The notes under the pieces: generated by a model
Told to the model about the DNA's origin: nothing
What the model saw: only the letters and a program-made list of their open reading frames with translations
Databases searched by the model: none
Assembly (NCBI GenBank): GCA_013239625.1
Contig: MU053557.1
Coordinates: 3,254,123-3,318,122, forward strand
Reading direction: 5' to 3'
Source: Lama guanicoe
Taxonomy: Eukaryota
Length of the DNA: 64,000 nucleotides
Program-made: the position numbers and the translations under genes
In this document: piece after piece, positions 51,645 to 62,426 of the stretch
How the letters are laid out: every line of letters starts with the position of its first letter
Numbering within the stretch: the stretch's first letter is position 1

Positions 51645-52893
51645 GGTTTTGGGGGTTTTGTTTGTTTGTTTTGTTTGTTTTTACCAGTTTAATCATTTTT
51701 AAGTGTACAGTTCAGGAGCATTAAACACACTCACGTTGTTGCGCAATCATGACCATCCATCTCCAGAATTTTTCATCCTCCCAAACTGACATTCTGTCCC
51801 CATTAAACAGCAGCTCCCACACCTACTCCAGCCCCTGGCAACCACCGTTGTACTTTTTGTCTCTGTGATTTTGACTACTCTCAGTCCACAGTGTAAGTGG
51901 AACCATACAGTATTTGTTCTTTTGTGACTGGTTTATTTTACTTAGCAATGTCATTGAAATTCTTCCATGTTGCGCCATGTGCCAGAATTGCTCTCCTTTT
52001 TAAGGCTGGATAATATTCCATTACGTGTATACACTACATTTTGTTTATTCAATCATCTGTCAGTAGACACTTGGGTGGCTTTTTCCTTTGGGCTATTGTG
52101 AATAATGCTGCTATGCATGCAAATATCTGTCTGAGACCCTACTTTTGGTTCTTTTTAGTAGATACCGGTAAGTGGAATGGCTGGATTATATGGTAATTCT
52201 ACATTCAGTTTTTTGAGGAACTGCTGTACTGATTTCCATAAAGGCCGAACCATTTTACATTCCTACCAGCAATGCACAAGGGTTCCAATTTCTCTACATC
52301 CTTGCTAACACTTGTTATAATCTGGGTTTTTGATAGCCATCCCAGTGGATGTGAAGTGGTATCTCATTATGGCTTTGATTTGCATCTCCCTAATGATTAG
52401 TGATGTTGCATCATCTTTTTGCCTGCTTGTTGGCCATCTGTGTATCTTCTATAGAGAAATGGCTATCAGATCCTTTGCTCATTTTTGAATTGCATTGTTT
52501 GGTTTTTGTTGTTGCTGAGTTGCAGGAGTTCTTTATATATTCGAGATATTAACACCTTATCAGATACATGATTTGCAAATATTTTCTCCTACTCCCTGGG
52601 ATGTATTTTTACTCTGTTAATAGAGTCCTTTGATGCATGAAAGTTTAAAATTTTGTGCAGTCCATTTTATCTATTTTTTCTTTCATTGCCTGTTCTTTCA
52701 GTGTTATATCCAAGAAATCATTTCCAGAGCCAATGTCATGATGCCTTCCCCTGTGTTTTCTACTAAGAGTGCTATAGTTTTAGCTCTTATGTTTAGGTTT
52801 TTGATCCATTTTGAGTTCATCTTTGTATGATGTAAGGGTCCAACTTCATCATTTTCCATGTGGCTATTCAGTTTTTTCCACACCACTGTTGAA
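51645..52893 (-). mobile_element. L1 (L1MB-like) ORF2 C-terminus and 3'UTR, ~1.25 kb
   Basis: (GTTT)n tail and L1 antisense hallmarks (gggctattgtgaataatgctgctatg, ctttgatttgcatctccctaatgattagtgatgttg). ORF 52704..52886 shows HTKMNSKWIKNLNIRAKTIALL. Confidence 0.9.
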
Positions 52894-52924
52894 ACAAAGG
52901 AAACTCTTAGAGGAAAAGTTAATG

Positions 52925-53300
52925 TTTCATTTTGAGTTCCTTTGAAGCAGAGCCTGTGGCAAGAACTTATTTACAGAGAGTTTATTTGGAAGGTGGTCTC
53001 AGGAAGCAGGAATGAGGGGAGAGGGAGATTGACACAAGAAAGGATAAAAATGCAGTCTAAAAGTGTATTATGGAGGGTACTGCAAACATGACAGAGGCCT
53101 GGTTCTGCCAGGACATCTGGAAACTATTTAGAATGTCTCCCCAAATGGCCCACACGAAGAACAGGAGAGTGAGGCGCTTACTCCCAGTTTCTGTCTCCAC
53201 TGGTTGGTGGGGGTGACAGCTCTCCCGTGACAGCTCTCCAACAGCCTGCTGGACTTCGAAGGAGGCTCGTGTGTGGTACCCACCTGGGGACACGGGCCAT
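52925..53300. mobile_element. LTR16-like ERVL LTR
   Basis: tgagttcctttgaagcagagcctgtggcaagaac...agtttatttggaaggtggtctcaggaagcagg. Confidence 0.55.
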
Positions 53301-53749
53301 TACGCTTCAGCTTGCGAAGACCTGTCCTCACCAGCTCACACGGCTGCTGTGGGCCGAGGTCACTGAAAGTGTCTGCTATAATTAGTAGCCAAGAAATCAA
53401 CATTATCTGCTTCAACATGTAGCCGGGGGCCAGCACAGAACCAGGCCTGTGCCTGTGGGGTGATGGCCAGGTTAAGAAGCAAAACACTTACGTTCATTTA
53501 CTGAGCACCTCTGATGTAAAAAGATGGGTGTGGTAAGTTATAAAAAACAAGTCAGATGGTCTTTAAGAAGCTGCAGTTTAATAGAGAAGAAATAGCTGCT
53601 GTACAAATCACTCCCCTAAAAGAAAGGAGGAGATGGATGCCGCGTAGGGGATACTTGTGGGCGGGAGAGGATGTTGCTAGTAGTGGGTAAGAAAGGCTTC
53701 CCAAGGAAGGTCACATACAAACTGGGTCTTGAGAAACGAGGCTTACTTC

Positions 53750-54560
53750 TTGATTCACTCAAAAAAGATTTATTGCCGGTCTTTTGGGTGCCAGGCAATT
53801 TACTAGGGGCTGGGGATTCTGTGGTGAGCAAAGAGTCCCCCTACTTCCACTCTAACAGAAAGACACAATGATTTATCAATTAATGTATCAAGTTAATAAG
53901 CAAGATAACACAAGATAGGGCTACGTGGTATCAAGGAAACAAAATACAACAATTTAATAGTGTTGAGGAGGGATGGAGGGTGACTGTGAATAGGGTGATC
54001 AAAATGTTCTCTAAGAAGAAAACATTTAAACTGAGAACTGAACGGCAATAGAAGGCGCCAACCCCATAATGATCAGAGGAAAGGGTTCTAGACTCAGAGA
54101 AAACGCAAAGGCTGAAAGCAGGGAGGCGCTTGCATGTTTGACTAACGGAAATTAGGCCAGTGATTCTGGTGGGTAAGCACCAGGGATGGAGGCAGGCTGT
54201 CCCATGAACAGGGACAGGCCAGGTCACACAGGACCCAGGGGGCATCGTAAGGCCTTTGGACTTAATCTTTGGGCGAGGGAAGTCACTGAAGAGCTTTGAG
54301 CAGGAGAGTGAATTAATACAATTTATGTGTTAAAAGATCATTCTGACGGCTGGGTCAAAAACAGATGGTGCAGGACCGGAGAAGGAGGGATGAGGCCAGT
54401 CCTGCACAGGTCACCCAGGTTGGACCTGGGATGGCTTGGTCCGGGCTGGCGGCAGGTGAAACAGAGAGGACGGGGAGTTTCAGATTCAGTGTTGGAGGTG
54501 GATGTGAAGGTTGCCTTGGTGATACTGAGATGGTCGCCGGAGGCATGGGTGGAAGTGCCA
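53750..54560 (-). mobile_element. L2 LINE 3' part
   Basis: gtgccaggcaatttactaggggctggggat; gggaagtcactgaagagctttgagcaggagagtga; ttaaaagatcattctgacggctg. Confidence 0.75.
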
Positions 54561-56585
54561 AGCCAGGCAAGAGTCTTACAAGAAAGGCAGACCTTTTTCT
54601 TCTTGAATGGTTTAGGGGGGCCATTGACAAATCATTGCAGACATGTGGCTCTGAAACAGATCAAGAACTTTGAACACCGTGCAAAGGAATCAGACTTAAT
54701 TCTGCAGGTAACAGGAAGGAACTGAAGGTTTTTTTTTTTTTAAACAGAAGGCTGACAGGAACCAAGCTGGATCTTGGTCTTGTCACCATTGGGTCCAACG
54801 GCACATGAATTTAACCAGAAAAATAACAATTGCACGACAGTATGTGTGAGTGTGTCTGTGTGTGTCTGTGTGTGTGCATTGAAGAAGGGAAAGTAAGAGC
54901 AATCTGGACGGTCAAGCTGGCAGACTTCTTCAGAGGTTAATTTACTTCTCTGTTTATTGATGTTGCCATGGTGATGCTAAACCACTAGCCAGGAGGACAC
55001 AGAACAGTTGACTGTCTCTGCACTTAATAATCTGATTTTATGTAAGACATCGAGAAAGAATGCAATAACGCAGGCCCTTTGCTGCGAGCATTAAAAGAAA
55101 CCAGATGAGGCTGAGCTCACATCCTTCCCTACCACACCAGTGCCCCTCCCAGGGTGCGGGTTTTCGGGCCCAGCTGTCTTGGCACCACCCAGACTGACAT
55201 TTGGAGGAACTCACCCTGCATTTTGCCCCCTCTCTCCCTTTTGCTCCCTCCAACTGGAATATTGCAAGCAGCCCGCAAAGTGGAATAAAACCACAAGGAA
55301 ATCGAAAAGGAATTCTGCCTATAAAAGGGGATTTACAAAGGGAAGCTAATTTCATTGGCGGATGGAAATTACTCCCTCCCGGAGCATTAGCTGATATGGC
55401 CCTGAGCATGGGTCTTGGAGAAGCTGAAGATTTTTATTTAGATTTGGAGTTTTCTACTTTCTTTCCAGAAGCCAGCATTTGGAAGCTAGTGGTCAAGTTT
55501 TCTTTTTTCTTTTTCTTTTTTTCCCCTTAATTAGAAACACATTCTTTCTGTTGTTGTTCAGGATAAAACCACTGCATTTTTCACTTTTCTCAGGGTCGTA
55601 GTGAGGTCATGTTCCCTAACTGGGTTTCTTGACGTAAGCAGCAAAAAACCAATAGGGACATTTCCGAATTCTAAACTCTGGGCATCCTAGATCTTTAATT
55701 ATATCTTTATTCATTCCACAAATTGTGAGCATCTTCTGGATGCCCGACACTGTCGTGGATGCTAAGAGTGTGATGGTGAGGACACGGCCCCCTCTCTAAC
55801 TAGCACAATAACAGTGCTAATCATGACAGCCAGCACTTTTTCACTGTTGCTGTGTGCAAGCTATTGCGGTAAGTCTGTTACTGGCATTGCCTCACTTAAA
55901 CCTCCCAGCAAGCATAGAAGGTAAGTATTAGTATTATCCTAATTTCATAAATGAGGACACTTCCCTGGTGTGGAGGCCCACTGATGATTGTGGTGTTATG
56001 TGTGCTATGATTTGAGCGGTAACAAGAAAGGCCACTGGCCTTCGGAAATAGCAGAGACTAGACAGTTGTCTATGCATCACTTTCTTTTTCTCAAACGTTA
56101 GAGGACTTCAGGAATTATTTAAAGTCCAGTGCAAAATTAAGTTCAAATCTCAGAGCTTTGACAACCCTGTCTTTAACAGAGTGAGAGCTCCCTTTCTCCC
56201 AGTCTGTGATGACTTTGTAAAAATCATCATCTCCACAGTACATGCCAGAACCAGATTCTGAATCAACATCATGTATCTGCACTGAAAACTCTGAGGAAAC
56301 TATCCTGAGATTCAAAGGCTAATATATTATTTAACGTAACACAGAACCATTTTTAAGGTAAACAAATATATGCACACTTGCCAACTGCTCCAAGTTAATT
56401 TTTTAATAGGAAAGAAAAATGCTATCAAATCACAATGATAAGACTTCTGCTTAACCATCCTCTTTTGCAATCTCCCATGAGGGGTCTTAAAAATGAGCAT
56501 CTTCAAATATATGCATGGCAAGAAGCAGAATGCCCCTCTGTAACAGGAGTGCAAACGAATATGATAATTTAAAAGTGCTTATTTT

Positions 56586-57095
56586 TTGAACAGATGAATG
56601 GATAAGGAAGATGTGGTGTACACACACACACACACACACATACACACACACAGTGGAGTACTACTCAGCCATAATAAAGAATGGAATTTTGGCATCTGAA
56701 ACAACATGAATGGACTTGGAGGGTAATATGCTTAACGAAATAAGTCAGACAGAGAAAGACAATACTGTATGATCTCACTTAAATGTGGAATCTAAAAAAT
56801 AAAACTAACTAGTGAATATAACAAAAAAGAAAGAGACTCACCAATACAGAGAACAAACTAGTGGTTACCAGCAGGGGGTGGGGGCAAATTGGGGGTAGGG
56901 AATTAAAAGGTACAAACTACTATGTATAAAATAAGTCATTTACAAGGATATATAATTTGTACAACACAGGGAATATAGCCAATATTTTATAATGACTATA
57001 AATGGAGTATAACCTTCAAAAATCGTGAATCACTATGTCACACATCTGAAGCTTATATCACATTGTACACCAACTGTACTTCAATAACATTTTTT
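56586..57095 (+). mobile_element. 5'-truncated L1 3' end with TSD
   Basis: acagatgaatggataaggaagatgtgg, internal (CA)n, and TSD aagtgc(t/c)atttt at 56573-56585 and 57096-57108. Confidence 0.88.
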
Positions 57096-57929
57096 AAGTG
57101 CTCATTTTAAAGTTCTTTCCAGCCCAAGTGCAAGGACAAGTCACTGGGGAGTTGCTGCACAGTGTACACAGTGCCAGATAGGTCCCATGGGCTGGTCACA
57201 GACTTAACGAAGGGCAAAGTGGGGCAAAGTGGTTTCCTTCAAGAGTATTAACAAGTCTCAGCTTAAATAGCTCTTCCGTAGGGAAGGTTTTCCTGACACT
57301 TGAGACTGGGCAACGTCCCTTGATATGTCTCACTATAAGCATATGCCACAAACGTAATTTAAGGAAATATTTGGAGAATAATTTGCTCATGAGTGTCCCT
57401 ACACTAGAACATAGGGTCCATGAGGCGCTGTTTGTCCTTTCACTTTTTGAAAGAATCCAAATGTTTATTTCAATGCTGAACATATATGAAGAGTTCAGGT
57501 AGGTTTTGTGGAATAAATCAATGGAAGGAAAAATAACTTACCTAAAATGATAAATCAAAATGACAGAAAGAGTGAATTCCTTGGAAGTGAGCTTAGATGA
57601 ATTTATTTCCAAAATTTTGATATTAAAAAAGGTCCTCCATGATGGTAACTATACTTTTAATCACACTGAGAATGTGTGATCATTTCCAAGCCCCTGTAAG
57701 TTCAGTCCTGCCTTTACAAGGTTTGGTATTTTGTCATGATTCTATCCACCCTCATTTGGAAAACAACAGAGTTTTTGTATGTGACACTGATGACAATGCC
57801 AGAGATAAGTGCACATGTTGGGTGTTCTCTTCCAGAGCTCCTTGGATACTGGGGGACTGTCACTCGTAGACTGGGAACTACTTGGCTTAATTATGCCCCA
57901 AACTGCTCCCTGTCCTAAGGTTCTGAGGC

Positions 57930-58310
57930 TTATCTGCTCAGCGTTTGGCAGCAAGGTGAATAAGAGACTAACTACTCAATGATTAGCACAAAACCCCTTC
58001 AAAATCTGGAGAATGCCTTCCAGCCTGCAGCACTGCACAGTAGAGATGATGGCTTGATGCCCCTGAGGATTCTTTAAGGTGACATAGGTATCTGACAAGA
58101 AGGGAGCAGGAGTGAGAGAGTAAATACCCTCACCTCTGCCTCCTCCTCTCTCTAATCTCTTCTTGCTCCTTGCCATGGGCCAAATCCAACAGAAGCCAGT
58201 GGGCAAGGGAGTCTGGACAACACAGCCCAGAGACACCAGCCTCTCAAGGCACAGACTAGCTCAGAGAAGGGCAAAGAGTCGATTTAGTGGAGTAAACGGT
58301 GACTAACCAG
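57930..58310. mobile_element. LTR33-like ERVL LTR
   Basis: gagtaaataccctcacctct...catgggccaaatccaacagaagccagtgggcaagggagtc. Confidence 0.6.
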
Positions 58311-58312
58311 CC

Positions 58313-60612
58313 GTGGTATAACAAGACATATATTGAATCTTTGTGCCAAGTTCTTGGCACCAACCTCCTAAAACCCTTGTAATTTTCTAAGAGTATCTTA
58401 GAAAAGCCCTTTCAATCACACCTAGCTTTATGCTAATGAGGTGATTTAGCGTGGGTCCCAGCAGAATCTCCTGATAGGTCACCAGAAAGACCAAGTGATA
58501 GAGGGTTGGAAATTTGAGTCCCACTCATTGATCTCTGGGAAGGGGAGAGGGCTGGAGACAGAAGTTCTCTAAAAATTCTCGAACAGCAAGATCTGATGAG
58601 CTTTTTGGAGGTGGTAGGAGAGGGGAGGGGATGCACAGAAGCTCCACAACCCTTTCCATGCAACCTGCCTTGTGCATCTCTTCTATCTGGCTGTTCCTGA
58701 GACATACCCTTCCATAATAAGCTAGTAGTCTAGTAAGTGAACAACTTCCTGTGTTCCATGAGCTGCTCTGGCAAATAAATTGAGCCCAGGGAGGGGTCAT
58801 GGGAACCTCAGATTCATAGCCCCTAGGTCAGAAGTAGAGGTGGAAAAACAGACACATGGATCAATGGAACAGAATAGACAGCCCAAAAATAAACCCACAG
58901 ACCTATAGTCAATTAATCTTCAACAAAGGAGGCAAGAACATACAATTGAGAAAAGACAATCTCTTCAGCAAATGGTGTTGGGAAAATTGGACAACTGCAT
59001 GTAAATCAGTGAAGTTAGAACACTCCCTCACACCATACACAAAAATAAACTCAAAATGGCTTAAAGACTTATGTATAAGACAAGACACAATAAAGCTCCT
59101 ATAAGAAAATATAGGCAAAATATTCTCTGACATAAATCTTAGCAATGTTCTCCTAGGGCAGTCTACCCAGGCAATAGAAATGAGAGCAAAAATAAACAAA
59201 TGGGACCTAATTAAACTTATAAGCTTTTGCACAGCAAAGGAAACCATAAGCAAAACAAAACACCAACTTATGGAATGAGAGAAAAATATTTGTAAATGAT
59301 GCAACTGACAAAGGCTTAATTTCCAGAATATATAAACAGCTCATACAACTTAATAACAACAACAAAAACAACAACAACAAAAAAACCCAATCAAAAAATG
59401 GGCAGAAGACCTAAACAAGCAATTCTCCAATGAAAACATACAAACGGCCAATAGGCATATGAAAAAAATGCTCAATATTGCTAATTATCAGAGAAATGCA
59501 AATCCAAACTACAATGAGGTATCACCTCACACCAGTCAGAATGGTCATCATTCAAAAGTCCACAAATAAATGCTGGAGAGGATGTGGAGAATAGGGAACC
59601 CTCCTACACTGCTGGTGAGAATGTAGTTTGGTGCAGCCATTATGGAATACAGTACGGAGATTCCTCAAAAAACTAAAAATAGACTTACCATATGATCCAG
59701 CAATCCCACTTCTGGGAACTCTAATCCAGAGAGAACTCTAATTCAAAAAGATACATGCACCCCAATGTTCATAGCAGCACTATATAACAACAGCCAAGAA
59801 ATGGAAACAACCTAAATGTTCATCAGCAGATGACTGGATAAAGAAGTTGTGGTATATTTTTACAATGGAATACTACTCAGCCATAAAAAAGAATAAAATA
59901 ATGCCACTTGCAGCAACATGGATGGACCTCGAGATCGTCATTCTAAGTGAAGTAAGTCAGAAAGAGAGAGAAAAATACCGTGTGATATCACTTACATGTG
60001 TAATCTAAAAAAAAAGAAAGAAAGAAAGGACACTATGAACTTATCTACAAAACAGACAGACACAGTAAACAATCTTATGGTTACTAGGGAAAGAGGGTGG
60101 GAAGGGATAAATTTGGGGGTTTGAAATTTACAAATGTTAGCCACTATATATAAAAATAGATTTAAAATAAGTTTCTGCTATATAGCACAGGGAACTATAT
60201 TCAATATCTTGTAATAACCTTTAATAAAAAAGAATATGAAAATGAATATATGTATGTATACACATGACTGGGATACTGGGTTGTATACCAGAAATCGACA
60301 CATTGTAACTGACTGTACTTAAATTAAAAAAAAAAAAAAGAAGTACAGGTGGAAACCTGGGACATGAGATTCACATTGGAAGTGAGGGGAGGTGGAGGGC
60401 TGTCTTGTGGGACTGAGCCCTTCACTTGGGGGATCTGACACTCTCCCCACTAGACAGAGTCAGAACTGAATTACATTGTAGGACAGCCAGCTGGGGTTAC
60501 AGAATTGCTTTGTGTATGGAAAACTCACATGTCTGGTGTTGAAAGTGAAACAGCGTTGCAGAAGGGAAGTGAGAGTGGAGGAGACACACAGGTGTGTGGT
60601 TTTCCTTAGACC
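58313..60612. mobile_element. MER21-like LTR split by an L1 insertion
   Basis: cctcctaaaacccttg, ggtcaccagaaagaccaag, tgtgcatctcttctatctggctgttc on the left; gtcttgtgggactgagccctt...gggatctgacact...gtcagaactgaatt on the right. Confidence 0.8.
58847..60338 (+). mobile_element. Young 5'-truncated L1 (~1.5 kb; ORF2 C-terminus, 3'UTR, poly(A))
   Basis: ORF 58856..59104 [44 protein letters not shown] is L1 ORF2; disrupted by stops. 17-bp TSD agaagta(g/c)aggtggaaa at 58830-58846 and 60339-60355. Confidence 0.95.
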
Positions 60613-61230
60613 AGCACGACAGGGCAAGTCTCACATTTATACACTTGACAGTTATCGAAGCTCTCAGTAAATCCTCTACATGGAGGATTGGGAAGCTGAC
60701 CACGGTATGAAAAGAGAGGACCTGGAATTAAGGGACTTGCCCCAGGTTAAGCAGCTAGAAGGAAGCAGAACTCGACCTTTCCTTCAGCAATCTGACCTGG
60801 GTCCAGTGTCTTTCACGTGTTGATGCTTCCCATCTTCCCCACCCTCCACAGACAAGATCCCATTGTAGTTAAGAATTCTTTGGCTGAACAATGTGGGTGG
60901 TTGGTGTTCTGTTCCTTTTCTGTTTATTTGGGGATTTTGCCTCTATTTATAAAATATTATCTCTTTATGTTTATAGTATTTGTTGTTGTTAACGTGCCCA
61001 GAATTTTTCATACTCTGGGTTTTGGATGAGTTATGGCTAACATAATGCCTGATTATTCACACTGTGGGGGAGAAGAACAGACTCTAGGAAACCTACGCAG
61101 GGCTGCCCCTTGCGGGGCAGAAGCATGAGCCCCTCCCTGGTGGGGAGTGGATTGGCTGCAGGAGGTTGATACATCAGAATGCTTGTGAGCCCCTGTGCTT
61201 GGTGGGTTTAATCCTAGAAAACTTCACTGG

Positions 61231-61689
61231 TGTGAAATAAAACTCGTGTTTTATGGCAAGACAAGTAAATATAAAAAGATTTCTCTGCAATTTGGTGTCC
61301 TCTCTCCCCGCACTGTGCATCGTGTTATCTGCATTATGCACCAAACCTCTCCCACTGGCAGAAATACCAGCTCAACCATAAAGAGCAACATTCTCCTACC
61401 ATCAACAAGACAACTCCTTAAGACAGAGCACTCCTTCTTGACCTTGTAAAGAATCACATGACCCACTAGGATGAGGCTTAGATCTGGATTATGTAAACTG
61501 TCAATAACACCTCGTTTGATGGACAGTCCTCTGTCTCAAAAAACTTATGTAACTTTGCCTTTACTTCTATCTGGCGGAACAGTTCTCAGAGATTTCTGAG
61601 AGGCTCCTCCTGGGTTAAAACTCTCAAATTTGACTTGAATAAAATCTTCCACTTCTTTCTTAGATTGACTGATTAATTTTTCATCAATA
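61231..61689 (+). mobile_element. ERV1-like solo LTR
   Basis: About 460 bp with a TG start, ggcggaacagttctcagagatttctgagaggct and an AATAAA near the 3' end, typical of ungulate ERV1 LTRs. Confidence 0.6.
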
Positions 61690-62131
61690 GTAGTGGCAGT
61701 CCATTGGACTCTTTTATGCTCATTTGTGACTTTTCTGTGCCTTACTTTTCTCTTCCCTTAGCTGACTGGATTCAGTGAAAATCACCAAAAACTAACTTTT
61801 AAAAATTAGAAGGTATTTCTCAAAGTAACCTTAAAAAAAAAAAGAAAAGAAAAAATTGCCCATATTTCCATCACCAGAGAGAACATTTTCACCTAAATTT
61901 TTCCAGTCTTTAGTCTCTGCATAGATATACATGCCTATTTATATGAAATTTATTTTAAAATTAAATTATTCTGTACACCCTGCTTTGTAGCTTACATTTT
62001 AATCCCATATGGCGTCTTAACGGCATAGAATTTTCAAACTGTGTACAGAACTTTTCTCAGCTATTTTATATCCAGAATAATGCCATAGCTAGACACGAAT
62101 GCCCTCTACTTGGAGGAGTGGGTATGGTGGA

Positions 62132-62300
62132 ATGTCAGCTTCTCAAACTTCAAGTGTGCGTGTAGATCACCTGCAGATCCTGGTAAAACAGTTTCTGATC
62201 CCGGAGGCCTGGAGAAGGACTTGAGATTCTGCATTTCTACTGTGCTTCCCGCTGATGCTGAAATTGGTGGTCTGTGGTCCACACTATGAGAACCACATAG
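62132..62300. mobile_element. MER5A-like hAT-Charlie MITE
   Basis: ttctcaaactt...gatcacctg...cttgagattctgcatttcta...ctggtggtctgtggtccacactatgagaaccac. Confidence 0.8.
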
Positions 62301-62372
62301 GTGCAACGGAAAAGATTTCAATCTAGGAGTCAAAAACATGTCTTCAAATCTTGGCCGTGGCTTGTGTGTATG

Positions 62373-62426
62373 TTTCTATATATAAAGAAGCTTCTATATA
62401 TAAAGAAGTTCTTTTATATAAAGAAG
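62373..62426. repeat. 18-bp near-palindromic tandem repeat, 3 copies
   Basis: tttctatatataaagaag / cttctatatataaagaag / ttcttttatataaagaag. Confidence 0.9.

Noticed and set aside
53931..54725. Overlapping 91-132 aa ORFs
   Set aside because: They lie in or next to a decayed L2 element and show no coding signature.
58856..59304. ORFs of 82 and 131 aa as host genes (also 12881-13653 and 52630-52886)
   Set aside because: They are sense or antisense translations of disrupted L1 ORF2 fragments.
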